A stretch of DNA of 64,000 bases from Spirochaetales bacterium (GTDB lineage Bacteria > Spirochaetota > Spirochaetia > Treponematales > UBA12059): contig JAFGJV010000034.1 in assembly GCA_016928955.1 (NCBI GenBank), forward strand, positions 1 to 64,000, read 5' to 3'. The notes under the pieces were generated by a model. The model was not told where the DNA came from, did not search any database, and was given only the letters and a program-made list of their open reading frames with translations. Shown piece by piece: positions 27,673 to 38,047 of this stretch. Every line of letters begins with the position of its first letter. Within the stretch, counting starts at the first letter, position 1. The position numbers were made by a program, and so were the translations under genes.

Positions 27673-29847
27673 TCACACGGTAAAGCGGCCGATCGAGCCT
27701 TCCATTTCCTCGATGCTGTATCTGGCCTTCTGGGCAAGGTCGGCCACCTCCTGGGCGGCTTTGCTGATCTCCTGGGCGCCCGAGGACATCTCGTCCATGG
27801 AGCCGGCGATGGTTTGCGACAACTCGGTCAGGCGCTGCATGGATTCCAGCACCTGGGCGTTGCCCCCGGTCATCTCCCGGGCGCCCGAGCGTACCTGCCC
27901 CGTCACGCCGTTCATTTCCCTGAGGGCTTCCAGAATCTGCCGCGAACCTTCGCGTTGCTCGTGCATGGCCCGGTCTATCTCCCGAACCAGGTCCGCGGTG
28001 CCGTCTATGCCGGACGTCAGGCCGGCAAACGCCTCAGCTGAACTGACCGACGCTTCCACCACCTCTTCTATCGTTTCTCGGATTTTGGCCAGTTCCGCGC
28101 CTATGGTCTTGGACTGTTCGGCCGAGGTCTCGGCCAGCCTGCGTATCTCGTCGGCCACCACGGCAAATCCCTTGCCGGCCTCCCCGGCGTGCGCCGCCTC
28201 GATTGCGGCATTCATGGCCAGCAGGTTGGTCTGGCTGGCTATGGTGGATATGGCCGAGTTGGCTTCCATGAGGAGTTCCGACTGGCTGGCTATCTCCTTG
28301 ACTTTTGCCTCCACGGCGTCCTGCTTGGACTTGCCGTCTTCGGACGACGCCATGAGGTCCTTGAAGCTGTCCGCCATCTTTTCTATCGACGCGCTGACCG
28401 ACGATATGTTGCCCACCATCTGCTCGATCGACGCCGACGCCTGGGTGACGCTGGCCGCCTGCGTGGCTATGAGGCCGTCAAGCGACTCTATGTTCCTGGC
28501 CACTTCCTCCACGGCGCTGGACGCGTCGTCCACGCTATTCCTCTGGAGCCCGGTCTGCCTGCGGACGCCGTCTATGTTGGCAAGGATTTGACTGGTGGCG
28601 CTGGCAGACTCGTGGGAGCTGGCCGACAGGTTTTCTCCCACTGAGGCCAGCACGGACTGCGCGTGCTTGAGCTGGGATACCATGTCCCTGAGTTTGGCAA
28701 CAAAGCGGTTGAAATCCTTGACCAGGTCGCCCACTTCGTCGTCGCGGTCCAGGTCTATGGCGCGCGTCAGGTCCGCCTCGCCCTCGGCTATGGTGCGTAT
28801 GGCTCCCGCCGCGAGCCGCACTGGCCTCAGGGCCGAGCCAAGGGACAGCCAAATGGCCAGGCCGAGCACGATAAGGGCGCCGCCGGAAACGCCTATGACA
28901 AGGCCGGTCAGTTTCCGGACGGGTGCCAGGATGGTGTCCACGGGAATGGACACGCCCAGGCTCCAGTACGTATTGGTCGCGCCCAGACGTATGGGGATAA
29001 GGATGACAAAGGCGTTGGCCTCGTCCTCCCTCTGCAGGACGGGCGTGGAATACGACGAGCCCCGGGCTATGGCCAGGCCGGCCTCAGTATATTTGTCGGC
29101 GCCGATCATGTCGGCAATCTTGGTGCCTACCTTGTCCGCCTGGGGGTGGACCACGATGGAGCCGCTGCCGCTTACCAGGAAGGCCCGGCCGGTTTCAAAC
29201 GGACGTATGCCGTCGATGATTTGCTGGACGGAGCGCAGGGATATGTCCACGCCGGCCACGCCGAGCGCCTGGTTGCGGTACACGATGGGAACGGATACCG
29301 TGATCGAGCTGGTTCTGCCTTCCCCGTACTCCATGAGGCCGTAGTAGTTGACCTTGCTGGCCATGGGCAAAAGGTAGGCCTGGCTGTCCTCGAGCGCGGT
29401 GCTGTCCGTAAGGGCCATCTCGTCGCTTTCCCTGGACCAGTACGGGGCAAAGCGGCCGCTCTGGCCGTACCCTTTCTGGCCGCGGAAGTCCGCGTCGTTT
29501 CCGTCATAGGCCTGCGGGGCAAGGAGTACCCAGGACGCGGTCACGCCCGGATTGCTCTCAAGGAACATGACCGGCAGGTCTCTGGCCTGGTCCCTGGGCA
29601 TGCCCGCGTCGCGGACGGCTATCAGGGCCTTGCCCAGGTAGGCGGCCAGGTCGGCTGCCCCCGCTATGCGGCGCTCGATATTGGCGGCGTACCGGCTGGA
29701 AAGATACTCCGAAGATACGTAGGCCATGTCCGACAGGGCGCTGCCCGCGTTGAGGGACACGACCAGCATCAAAAGGGCAAGTCCGGCTATCTGTACGACG
29801 AGCAGGGTAACAAGTATTTTACCGCGTAGTCCCAGTCGCTTTTTCAA
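27673..29847 (-). CDS. Methyl-accepting chemotaxis protein (dCache-HAMP-MCP)
   Basis: Two TMs flanking a Cache region (GRFAPYW, GVAGVDI), HAMP (DEVGDL..DFNRF), [38 protein letters not shown]. Confidence 0.95.
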   Translation of the reverse strand: MKKRLGLRGKILVTLLVVQIAGLALLMLVVSLNAGSALSDMAYVSSEYLSSRYAANIERRIAGAADLAAYLGKALIAVRDAGMPRDQARDLPVMFLESNPGVTASWVLLAPQAYDGNDADFRGQKGYGQSGRFAPYWSRESDEMALTDSTALEDSQAYLLPMASKVNYYGLMEYGEGRTSSITVSVPIVYRNQALGVAGVDISLRSVQQIIDGIRPFETGRAFLVSGSGSIVVHPQADKVGTKIADMIGADKYTEAGLAIARGSSYSTPVLQREDEANAFVILIPIRLGATNTYWSLGVSIPVDTILAPVRKLTGLVIGVSGGALIVLGLAIWLSLGSALRPVRLAAGAIRTIAEGEADLTRAIDLDRDDEVGDLVKDFNRFVAKLRDMVSQLKHAQSVLASVGENLSASSHESASATSQILANIDGVRRQTGLQRNSVDDASSAVEEVARNIESLDGLIATQAASVTQASASIEQMVGNISSVSASIEKMADSFKDLMASSEDGKSKQDAVEAKVKEIASQSELLMEANSAISTIASQTNLLAMNAAIEAAHAGEAGKGFAVVADEIRRLAETSAEQSKTIGAELAKIRETIEEVVEASVSSAEAFAGLTSGIDGTADLVREIDRAMHEQREGSRQILEALREMNGVTGQVRSGAREMTGGNAQVLESMQRLTELSQTIAGSMDEMSSGAQEISKAAQEVADLAQKARYSIEEMEGSIGRFTV

Positions 29848-29962
29848 GAGTCCTCCCTTGTTTTGGCGGGGTCGCGTGTTTGCGCGCGATGGTTAGCGTT
29901 TATTAAATATAGTGAAAAACGACGGTAGGCGCAAAACCCCCCGGGGCGCTACTATAGGCTCT

Positions 29963-30577
29963 ATGAGGATGAACGCGCGTATCAGGGAACAAGCCCGATC
30001 TTTGCTGTCGGCCCGGCGGGTCGGCCTGGCGGGTGCCGGGGGCCTTGGGTCCAATTGCGCGGCCGCCCTGGCCAGGGCCGGGGTGGGCCATCTGGTGCTG
30101 GCGGATTTTGACCGCGTGAGCCCGGACAACCTGGACAGGCAGTTTTTCTTCCTGGAACAGGTGGGACGCCTCAAGGTGGACGCCCTGGCAGAGAACCTCA
30201 GGCGCATAGACGCCGGCTTGGATCTTACGACCCTGCCTGAGCGCCTGGACGCACAACGAGCCGTGGCGGCGTTTGCCGACTGCGACGTGGTGGTTGAAGC
30301 CCTGGACGACGCGGACGCCAAGGCCATGCTGATAGAAGCCCTATTGGCCGACCGGCCGGGGCGGCCCGTGGTCGCCGCTTCCGGCATAGCCGGTTGGGGA
30401 GCGTCGGGCCAGCTTGCGGTGAGGAAATCGGGCTCCCTGGTCGTGATAGGCGACGAAAACCTGGGCGTGGACGGCAGCCATCCGCCCATGGCGCCACGGG
30501 TAGGGGCCGTGGCCTGCCTGCAGGCCAACGAGGTGCTGGAAATCCTTTTGGGACCCATGGAGGAAGCGGGAGCATGA
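29963..30577 (+). CDS. thiF: Sulfur-carrier adenylyltransferase, ThiF/MoeB family
   Basis: GAGGLGSN, DFDRV...NLDRQ, VEALD, ASGIAG.G, VIGD, APRV..VACLQAN. Confidence 0.88.
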   Translation: MRMNARIREQARSLLSARRVGLAGAGGLGSNCAAALARAGVGHLVLADFDRVSPDNLDRQFFFLEQVGRLKVDALAENLRRIDAGLDLTTLPERLDAQRAVAAFADCDVVVEALDDADAKAMLIEALLADRPGRPVVAASGIAGWGASGQLAVRKSGSLVVIGDENLGVDGSHPPMAPRVGAVACLQANEVLEILLGPMEEAGA

Positions 30578-30777
30578 CCATACTGCTGAACGGCGATACC
30601 ACCACGCTGGACGCCCGGGAGCTTACCGTCCGGGGCGTACTGGCGGCAAAGGGGTGGTCCTTCCCTCTGATCATCGTGCAGGTGAACGGAACGGTCATAC
30701 CCCGGGATAGCTGGGACACGGCGCCCGTGCGCGACGGCGACCGCATGGACGCCCTGCACCTGGTATCAGGGGGCTGA
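30574..30777 (+). CDS. thiS: Sulfur carrier protein, ThiS/MoaD family
   Basis: 67 aa ubiquitin-like pattern (LNG...VQVNG..IPR..W...GD) ending in diglycine VSGG. Confidence 0.88.
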   Translation: MTILLNGDTTTLDARELTVRGVLAAKGWSFPLIIVQVNGTVIPRDSWDTAPVRDGDRMDALHLVSGG

Positions 30778-30785
30778 GAAGCGCG

Positions 30786-31190
30786 TCAAGCCCGGCGGTA
30801 GCTCGCGACGATGTTTACCCGGTCGCCCAAGGTCAGGCATACGGGGCAGGAGCGACCCGCGTCCTCTATGCGCTTGAAGTCGGCCTCGGAGCAGTCGCTG
30901 TCTATCTTGAAGTCCACCGTTATGCTTTTGATGCGCCGGGGCTCGGCGGCCATGTCCTTGACCAGTTCAAAGGATATACCGCGGACGGGTATGCCCTGTC
31001 CGTCGGCGAACATTCTCATGATCAGCGACGCGCATGCTCCCAGTGACACGGCACAGAGATCGGTGGGCGAGAAACTGGACCCGTCGCCCCCGTTGTCCTT
31101 GGGCGCCGTCACGGACACTCGGGCGCCGGATTCGTGCTCAAGCTCGATGGTCGTGGGTCCGGTGGTCCGGCCCTTCATGCGTACTGCCAT
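30786..31190 (-). CDS. OsmC family protein
   Basis: APKDNGGDGSSFSPTDL...LGAC and SCPV..TL motifs; AAAGGAGG SD. Confidence 0.9.
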   Translation of the reverse strand: MAVRMKGRTTGPTTIELEHESGARVSVTAPKDNGGDGSSFSPTDLCAVSLGACASLIMRMFADGQGIPVRGISFELVKDMAAEPRRIKSITVDFKIDSDCSEADFKRIEDAGRSCPVCLTLGDRVNIVASYRRA

Positions 31191-31411
31191 GATCCCTCCT
31201 TTGAATGCGTGGTCCCCCGCACGCGCACGCTGGATACCGGTTTCCCGCCTGTCAGGGCGCAACGTCGCGCGCTTGGGTGGCCCGCTTCCAAGAATACCAT
31301 GCTATAGTGTCAAAAGGGAGACCCCAAAACGGAAGGATTTTTTGCGCGGGGTTTGGGGCCCAAGGCTAAGCCGGTTGGATTTGAGCCGCACCACCAACAC
31401 GGGAGTTACGG

Positions 31412-31759
31412 ATGAAGCGACTGACTGAAGACCAGTGCCGCGCGGCAATGGAAACGCGCGATTTTGGGCTTGATGTCCGAGGGGCCGGGGAGACCGTGGC
31501 CGTGGTGCTGACCCAGAGCTGGTGCCCCCAGTGGGTTGCCATGCGCTCCTGGCTGGATGCCGCGGAACGGGACAGCGGATCCGAGGTCTTTCTTCTGGAA
31601 TACGATCTGGAACCTTTTTTTGATGAGTTCATGGAATTCAAGGAGACCGTCTTCGGCAACCGGAGCGTCCCCTACGTCCGCTATTATAGGAACGGCGTTT
31701 TGATATCCGATTCCAACTACCTGTCCAAGGACGGTTTCCAGAAGAGGCTGCGGGGGTAG
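31412..31759 (+). CDS. Thioredoxin-fold protein with an atypical WCPQW site
   Basis: VVLTQSWCPQW and VPYVRYYRNG thioredoxin-like pattern. Confidence 0.7.
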   Translation: MKRLTEDQCRAAMETRDFGLDVRGAGETVAVVLTQSWCPQWVAMRSWLDAAERDSGSEVFLLEYDLEPFFDEFMEFKETVFGNRSVPYVRYYRNGVLISDSNYLSKDGFQKRLRG

Positions 31760-31767
31760 GAATCTGC

Positions 31768-33423
31768 TCAGCTTCCCCGCGCCTTTTCCGTCAGCTCGGT
31801 CAACACGGGCACCAGCTGTTTTTTGCGTGACAGGATATCCTTGAGCTCGAACACGCGGTCCCGCACGCGCGGGTAGCGGAGCAGGGACAAAAGCTCGCGG
31901 TCGCCGTCCACGAACAGCACGCTGGACAACTCCGTGATGTCCGTGACCATCAGGGCGGAGAAGAAATGCCCGCCTGCCGCGCGCAGGATGGCTAGTTCGG
32001 CCAGGACCTCGTCCGCGCGCTCAAGGATTTCTCCCGGCGCGTTGACTTCCACCTGGCTGACGGAGAAGCGCGTTCCCGCCGCGTCGTATTCCTTCATGTC
32101 CAGGCGCACGATTTCCGGCACCGGTTTCTTGCCCACCAGGCTTGCCACGCTCATGATGTCGCGGCCGAATTCTTCCAGGTCCAGGTCTGTCAGGTTGGAC
32201 AGGTACTCGGCCTGCTCTGAGTCAGTGTCCGTGGCGGTGGATGACTTGAGTATCAGGGTGTCGGACAGGATGCCGGCCAGGAGGACGGCGGCCAGGGGCT
32301 TGGGTATGGGCACCTTGGCGTCCCTGAACATGCCGGCCACGATGGTGCTGGTCGATCCCACCACGCGGTTGATGAAGGTAATGGGGTAGCGGGTGCTGAA
32401 GGATCCCAAGCGGTGGTGGTCTATCACTTCCAGGATGCGGTAATTGTCCGCCCCGTCCACGGCCTGGGTCAGCTCGTTGTGGTCCACCAGGATGAGCGAC
32501 ACGTTGGGCTCGCGCATCAGGTCGCCCTCGGACAAGAGGCCAGCCACGCGGCCGTCGTCGTCCAGGACGGGCACCGAGCGGCTGGCGGACTCGGCTATGG
32601 CCTCGCGCGCGCGGCGCAGCGGCTCGTGCCGCTGGACTGCCCTGATGTCGGCGTCGCCCATGGTTTCCACCGGCGTGGAATAGATGACCAGCAGGCTGGT
32701 GCTGGACGTGTCGTACGGGGACATCAGCACGGACACCTTGTTTTTCTCGGCCAATTCCTTGAGCTGCCTGTCCAGCAGGGATCCGTTGGACAGGATGAGG
32801 ACGCGGACCTTGGACTCTATGGCGTGGCGCTGGACGTCCACGCGGTCGCCCACAATGACGATGGCCGACTCGCAGGACTCGCTGTCCAGGTGGCGCTTGA
32901 AGCTCTCGGTTTCCAGGGCGGCCACCAGGATGCGGGCCCTGAACTGCTCGCTGGTGTCAAAGGCGCATACCGGTTGGGCTTTAATGGTGGACTGCAGGCG
33001 GGCAACGCTGGTGGGCACCACGGCTTTCTTGTGGGGATTGATTTTCTTGAGGATGTTCTGGGCAAAGGAGCTGTAATGGAGCATGGAGCGGTAGCGGCCG
33101 TCGCTGTCCACGATGGGCAGGGCTTTCTGCCCGCTCTGGTTCATGATGGCAAGGGCTTCCCACAGCGGCGTCCCCCTGTCCACGGTCAGGGGGCGCTGGG
33201 CCAGATAGTACTCTGCTTTGGGCACCAGGTCCGGCAGGAACACCGGGAAGGGCACGCCAAAGCGCTCGAACACGTATTCGGACTGGGGGTTCATCCTGCC
33301 TGCCCGGGCGGCCACGCAGTCTTCCATGCCCAGGGCCTGTTTGAGGTGGGCGTAGGCGGCCGCAGACGCCAGGGAGTCGGTGTCCGGGTTTTTGTGGCCT
33401 ATAACGTATACGGTCTGGTCCAT
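31768..33423 (-). CDS. ppaC: Mn-dependent inorganic pyrophosphatase with CBS/DRTGG insert
   Basis: GHKNPDTDS, CBS pair, VGDR (DRTGG), LVDHNE, IDHHRLG, GILSDT, SRKKQ. Confidence 0.92.
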   Translation of the reverse strand: MDQTVYVIGHKNPDTDSLASAAAYAHLKQALGMEDCVAARAGRMNPQSEYVFERFGVPFPVFLPDLVPKAEYYLAQRPLTVDRGTPLWEALAIMNQSGQKALPIVDSDGRYRSMLHYSSFAQNILKKINPHKKAVVPTSVARLQSTIKAQPVCAFDTSEQFRARILVAALETESFKRHLDSESCESAIVIVGDRVDVQRHAIESKVRVLILSNGSLLDRQLKELAEKNKVSVLMSPYDTSSTSLLVIYSTPVETMGDADIRAVQRHEPLRRAREAIAESASRSVPVLDDDGRVAGLLSEGDLMREPNVSLILVDHNELTQAVDGADNYRILEVIDHHRLGSFSTRYPITFINRVVGSTSTIVAGMFRDAKVPIPKPLAAVLLAGILSDTLILKSSTATDTDSEQAEYLSNLTDLDLEEFGRDIMSVASLVGKKPVPEIVRLDMKEYDAAGTRFSVSQVEVNAPGEILERADEVLAELAILRAAGGHFFSALMVTDITELSSVLFVDGDRELLSLLRYPRVRDRVFELKDILSRKKQLVPVLTELTEKARGS

Positions 33424-33551
33424 GGTCCCTCCAAAGCGGGGAATTGCTCGACTATACGGAAACGGGGCCGCGCGCGTCGAGTACCCCGTGAGGGCGCTTG
33501 CCTGCGCGGCGCCTCGAGTTGTAGTATCGGGCGCCGGGGGACGGAAGGCAC

Positions 33552-34127
33552 ATGGCACGACTCTGCGTTTTTTTGGGCAACCACGGAAGGAAATACCGCG
33601 ACAACAGGCACAATGTGGCGTGGCAGTTCCTCGCGTCGCTCGAGGTCTATCCGTCCCTGTCCTGGCAGCGGGGCTTCAAGGGATCCTACGCCCAGTTGGA
33701 CCTGCCCTCCGGCAGGGTCTGGATCCTGACGCCGGAGACCTACATGAACCTGTCCGGGGAAAGCGCCGCCGAGCTGGCGCGTTTCCACAAGATAGAGCCT
33801 GCCGACATCCTGGTGGTCCACGACGAGCTTGAGCTTGGCTTTGGCTTTTTCGGCTTCAAGATGGGCGGCGGCCTTGGCGGGCACAACGGCCTCCGGTCCA
33901 TGAAGGAGCGGCTGGGCACGGCGGATTTTCCGCGGCTGCGCTTTGGCATAGGCAGGCCCGACCACGACGACGTTGCCGGGTACGTGCTGTCGGACTTTGG
34001 CGCCGACCAGCGGGAGCTTCTGGCCTGTTCGGTTTTCCCCCGCGCCCGCGCGGCTTTCCATGCCTACCTGGACGGCGGTTTTGCCGCCGTGGACCAGGAG
34101 TTCCGCAAGGTCAACGCCCTGGCCTGA
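33552..34127 (+). CDS. pth: Peptidyl-tRNA hydrolase
   Basis: LGN.G.KY..NRHN, PETYMNLSG, VVHDEL, GGHNGLRS, RLRFGIGRP. Confidence 0.95.
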   Translation: MARLCVFLGNHGRKYRDNRHNVAWQFLASLEVYPSLSWQRGFKGSYAQLDLPSGRVWILTPETYMNLSGESAAELARFHKIEPADILVVHDELELGFGFFGFKMGGGLGGHNGLRSMKERLGTADFPRLRFGIGRPDHDDVAGYVLSDFGADQRELLACSVFPRARAAFHAYLDGGFAAVDQEFRKVNALA

Positions 34128-34152
34128 GGGTCCGCAGGGCCGCGACCCGGCC

Positions 34153-35040
34153 CTACTGAATCAGGCGCTTCAAAAGTTTGTCGTTTTTCTTCCAGCCCGG
34201 GTCTACCCGGACCTTCAGGGACAGGCGCACGGGGTAGGGAAAGATGTCGGCAAGGTCGTGCTCGGCCTCCTCGCGGATCTGCCGTATCATGGCCCCGCCC
34301 TTGCCTATCAGGATGCCTTTCTGCGTGTCCCGTTCGGCCACCAGCTCGCCTTCATATACCAGCGTGCCGTCGTCAAGCATGTGGTGGGCAACATAGTCCA
34401 CGTACACGGCGTGGGGTATCTCGTCCTTGGTGTGCAGGAAGACCTTTTCCCTGACCACCTCGGCGATGCGGAATACCGGCTCCTGGTCCGTGTAATACTC
34501 GTCGGGATAGTAGGCGGGGCCCGGCGGAGCGGATTGGACCAGGGCGGACAAGAGGGCTTCCAGGCCGTCTCCCTTCTGGGCGGATATGTCGAAGCGCTGG
34601 ACGCCGGGGAGCTTGTCGTCCAGAAAGGCGGAGGTGCGAGCCGGATCGGAAAGCTTGGCGTCGATTTTGTTCACGGCCGCCCTGATTTTTGGCACAAAGT
34701 TCTTGAGCAGGCCAGCTATGGCCTCCTCCTCAGGTCCTGGCGCCCTGGTGGAGTCAACCACGTACAGGATGAGGTCGGCGTCGGACAGGCTCCGAGTGGC
34801 CAGGTCGCGCAGGCGCTTGTTGATGGCCTTGTCGGAATCGTGGAGGCCGGGTGTGTCCATGAACACCAGCTGGCAGCCCGGCTTGGACAGGATGCCCCGC
34901 ACGGTGTTGCGCGTGGTCTGGGGCACGGGCGACACGATGGCCACCTTCTGCCCGCACAGGGCGTTCATCAGGGTGGACTTGCCCGCAGACGGCCTGCCTA
35001 TTACGGACACAAAGGCAGAACGGTGCTCGGTATCGGTCAT
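34153..35040 (-). CDS. era: GTPase Era
   Basis: GRPSAGKSTL, PQTTR, DTPG, NKID, REK..EIPH, QKGILIGKGG KH domain. Confidence 0.95.
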   Translation of the reverse strand: MTDTEHRSAFVSVIGRPSAGKSTLMNALCGQKVAIVSPVPQTTRNTVRGILSKPGCQLVFMDTPGLHDSDKAINKRLRDLATRSLSDADLILYVVDSTRAPGPEEEAIAGLLKNFVPKIRAAVNKIDAKLSDPARTSAFLDDKLPGVQRFDISAQKGDGLEALLSALVQSAPPGPAYYPDEYYTDQEPVFRIAEVVREKVFLHTKDEIPHAVYVDYVAHHMLDDGTLVYEGELVAERDTQKGILIGKGGAMIRQIREEAEHDLADIFPYPVRLSLKVRVDPGWKKNDKLLKRLIQ

Positions 35041-35078
35041 GGAAGCTTCCTTTCGCAACGGGGCGGCAAACGCCCCCT

Positions 35079-36575
35079 CTACAGTTGTACTTGATCCGGA
35101 TAGTCCTGGCCCGTGAACAGGCGGAACTGGGCCGCTGCCTGGTCCAGGAGCATGGTATGGCCGTTGGTTACCCGGCAGCCCGAGTCCCTGGCCCGTTTGA
35201 GCAGTACCGTTTCCGCGGGGTTGTAGATGGTCTCGAACAGGGCCTCGCCGCCGGAGAACTGGTACCAGTCCAGGGGGTCGCCCGGCTGTCCGCCCTCCAT
35301 GCCCACGCTCGTGGTCTGGACAATCAGGTCGTTGTAGCTTTCTATCAGCTCGACGGCCCGCTCCGTCATGCCCGCCCACGGAAACCCGTACTCTTCGGCC
35401 AGGCGCTTGGCCTTGGGCAAGCTGCGGTTGATGACGCAGGCTTCCACGCCCAGGCCGTGCAGGGTATAGGCCACCGAGCGAGCGGCGCCGCCCGCTCCCA
35501 CGATGCAGGCCCGGAGCCCCTTGAGCTCTGTCCTGCCCAGGAAATGCAGAAGGGCGCTCCTGAAGCCCATGGCGTCCGTGTTGTACCCAGCCCAGCCGGC
35601 CTTGGATCTGACCATGGTGTTGCACGCTCCTATGGCAGCCACCTCCATGGCGCTCTCGCCGAGCAGGGACAGTACCCTCTCCTTGAACGGCACGGTAACC
35701 GATAGGCCTTTTATGTCCAGAAGCTCGGCCAGGCGCATGAAAGCGTCAAGGTCGTCAGCGGGAAAGGGCAGGTAGCGCGCGTCTATGCCGAGTTCGGCAA
35801 AGCCGGCGTTGTGGATATGGGGCGACAGGGAGCCGAGCACGGACGGGCTGCCCAGGATGCCGTACAGGTCCACAGACGCGTCGTCCGAGCCGAGGCGGTA
35901 CTGTTTCCTGAGCACGTCAGGATCCAGCTGGCCGGGAGCGCCGGGTTTGAGGCCGGCGCCGGTGGCACTGGCGTATACCAGCATGCTACCCAGGCGTTCA
36001 GGCAGGATGCGGGTGCAGAAACCGTAGTCGCCCATGCCCGTGACGATGCGCTCGCCGGTTTCCAGGGATCCGAAGAACCGGAACAGGCGCTCGGTATCCT
36101 CTATCCCGCGTGCGTGAGCGGCCAGCTTGGGAATTTCGAAGGGCGACGACGACAGCGACGACCACAGCTCCGGCAGGTTGGCCGGCACGCCGTCTCGGCA
36201 GTGTATGGAACGGATGACCTTGGTGCCGAATATGCGCGCGGCCTCCTGGATGGCGGGAATCTGGAGGTCGTGCTCTATGTCCACATACGCAAAGTTCTTG
36301 CGCTTGTCCTGGTCCGCGAACGCCAGGCCTTTGGCTATGATGACCAGGCGGACGCCCTCCCCCTGGTCAAAGCGGCCGCCGTCCTGCAGGCGCCTGACCG
36401 TCAGTATGGTGGGAAGGCCGGCCTTTTCCGGAAAGGAACGGATGCGGAACATTTCCTGGGGTTCCAGGAAATCCGCGCGCAGTTCCACCAGGTCCACCAC
36501 CTTGCGGTAGCGATCCAGGGCTTCCAGGTTTTTCTCAATGGTCGGGCCGGTCAGGCAGAGGCAGATCTTTGGCAT
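35079..36575 (-). CDS. aroDE: Bifunctional type I 3-dehydroquinate dehydratase / shikimate dehydrogenase
   Basis: N-terminal VELRAD...ILTVR...DGG, APGQ; C-terminal SLSPHIHN, SVTVPFK, GACNT, GYNTD, GAGGAARS. Confidence 0.9.
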   Translation of the reverse strand: MPKICLCLTGPTIEKNLEALDRYRKVVDLVELRADFLEPQEMFRIRSFPEKAGLPTILTVRRLQDGGRFDQGEGVRLVIIAKGLAFADQDKRKNFAYVDIEHDLQIPAIQEAARIFGTKVIRSIHCRDGVPANLPELWSSLSSSPFEIPKLAAHARGIEDTERLFRFFGSLETGERIVTGMGDYGFCTRILPERLGSMLVYASATGAGLKPGAPGQLDPDVLRKQYRLGSDDASVDLYGILGSPSVLGSLSPHIHNAGFAELGIDARYLPFPADDLDAFMRLAELLDIKGLSVTVPFKERVLSLLGESAMEVAAIGACNTMVRSKAGWAGYNTDAMGFRSALLHFLGRTELKGLRACIVGAGGAARSVAYTLHGLGVEACVINRSLPKAKRLAEEYGFPWAGMTERAVELIESYNDLIVQTTSVGMEGGQPGDPLDWYQFSGGEALFETIYNPAETVLLKRARDSGCRVTNGHTMLLDQAAAQFRLFTGQDYPDQVQL

Positions 36576-36638
36576 GCGTCGCCTCCCTTGCCGGACGCCC
36601 GGCGTCCGGCGCCGTCAACAGGCTTTTTAAACAGCCTG

Positions 36639-37094
36639 TCAAAAATCGGCGCGGTAAATATAGAGATCGGTGCGTCCGTCCTGCCCCGTGGCGATACGGA
36701 GACGCACCGGCCAGCCCTGCCCGGGCAGGTCCCACTCGGTGTAATCCTCGCCTGACGATGCTGGAAGCCCCAGGGCCGCCTGTACGCGCTCCAGGTCCGA
36801 GCCGGGCATGAAGCCGAGCACGGGCAGGGGATAGTCGACCGATACCCTAACTTGCCACACCTTGTCCCCGAACAGGAACAGGGAGAACACGCCGTAGTCG
36901 AACACCACGTCGTCCTGCCAGGCTTCCTGACCGCGCACGGCGTATACCCTGGCGGGCGCCCCGTAGCGCTCGAGCGCCTGGGCCGGGGTCAAGCCCAGCA
37001 GTTCCGCAGGATCGTCAGGCAGGCTGGGCGTTTCCGGGCCCTGGGCCGCCGCGGCGGCGCACAGTAAAAAAAGGAGCAAGGCGGCGCGTTTCAT
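36639..37094 (-). CDS. Hypothetical exported protein
   Basis: Signal peptide; VRGQEAWQDDVVF, VWQVR motifs; promoter directly upstream. Confidence 0.7.
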   Translation of the reverse strand: MKRAALLLFLLCAAAAAQGPETPSLPDDPAELLGLTPAQALERYGAPARVYAVRGQEAWQDDVVFDYGVFSLFLFGDKVWQVRVSVDYPLPVLGFMPGSDLERVQAALGLPASSGEDYTEWDLPGQGWPVRLRIATGQDGRTDLYIYRADF

Positions 37095-37342
37095 CGTGTA
37101 TACTCTACCCGAGGTCGGATGGAGCTTCAAGCGCCAGCCTCACCGCTTGCGCAAAGGCCGTCTTTTTGCTTCACTGGGCGGCGCTTCAACGGGACGCGCA
37201 TGGCCGCCGGCCACCACGGCGGTTTCCCAACGGGGCGCCGACCGGCTCGGAGCCTGTCGGCGCACGGTAGGCGCGTGCCTGGAGCCTCGCACGGCGTCTG
37301 GGGCGGCGATACGGCCGACCCAATTTCAGCAAGGAGCCATTG

Positions 37343-38047
37343 ATGCCAACATCACGTGATTTGGACGACCACAGCAGGAGAATGATCAGTAAACGAATCG
37401 ACGACGCCCTGGCGTATGTGCATGACCTGGCGAACGTGGATACCCTTCATGCCTGCCGGAAACTTTTCCGCTCGCGCGTGCCCCTGCACCTGCGCGCGTA
37501 CGTGGCCGCCGCCCTGCTTCTGGACCAGGCGTCCGGCGGCCACGCGTCGCCCGTAAAAGGCGACAAAGGCAAGCGCCAGCCAGAACGACGCGAGCAGAAC
37601 GGCGGCGGAAAACAGGCCGTCCGGGGCGAGACACGGAACGCTGACCAACGCGGCCGGCAGGCCGACCAGCATAAAGCGCCCAGGGAACCGGCCCCGACGC
37701 GCGAGCGCCGCTACCGCGGGGAGGGCGTGACCCTGTTCGTGAGCGCGGGAAGGCGCCAGCGTTTCTATGCCCGCGTGGCCCTGGATACGCTCTTTGCCCT
37801 GCCCGGCGTCGCCGAGGAACACATAGGCGAAGTCCGCACCATGGACAATTACAGCTTTGTTACCGTTGATCCCGCCGCGGAGGAGCGGATCCTCTCGGGG
37901 CTGAACGGCCGGGATTTCAGGGGCAGGGCGCTCAGCGCCAACCGGGCTCGCAAGAAGGGTGCCCACGGCGAGGACGAGCCGCAGGCCGCCGAGCAGCATG
38001 GCGATGGCGTTGCCGGAACGGAAGAAAATCCTACAGAAGTGTCCTGA
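37343..38047 (+). CDS. DbpA RNA-binding-domain protein (no helicase domain)
   Basis: TLFVSAGRRQR...IGEVRTMDNYSFV.V...I..LNG..FRGR.L DbpA RRM; AAGGAG SD. Confidence 0.8.
   Translation: MPTSRDLDDHSRRMISKRIDDALAYVHDLANVDTLHACRKLFRSRVPLHLRAYVAAALLLDQASGGHASPVKGDKGKRQPERREQNGGGKQAVRGETRNADQRGRQADQHKAPREPAPTRERRYRGEGVTLFVSAGRRQRFYARVALDTLFALPGVAEEHIGEVRTMDNYSFVTVDPAAEERILSGLNGRDFRGRALSANRARKKGAHGEDEPQAAEQHGDGVAGTEENPTEVS

Noticed and set aside
35041..35625. N-terminal extension of era
   Set aside because: Overlaps aroDE in another frame; Era motifs begin after ATG 35040.
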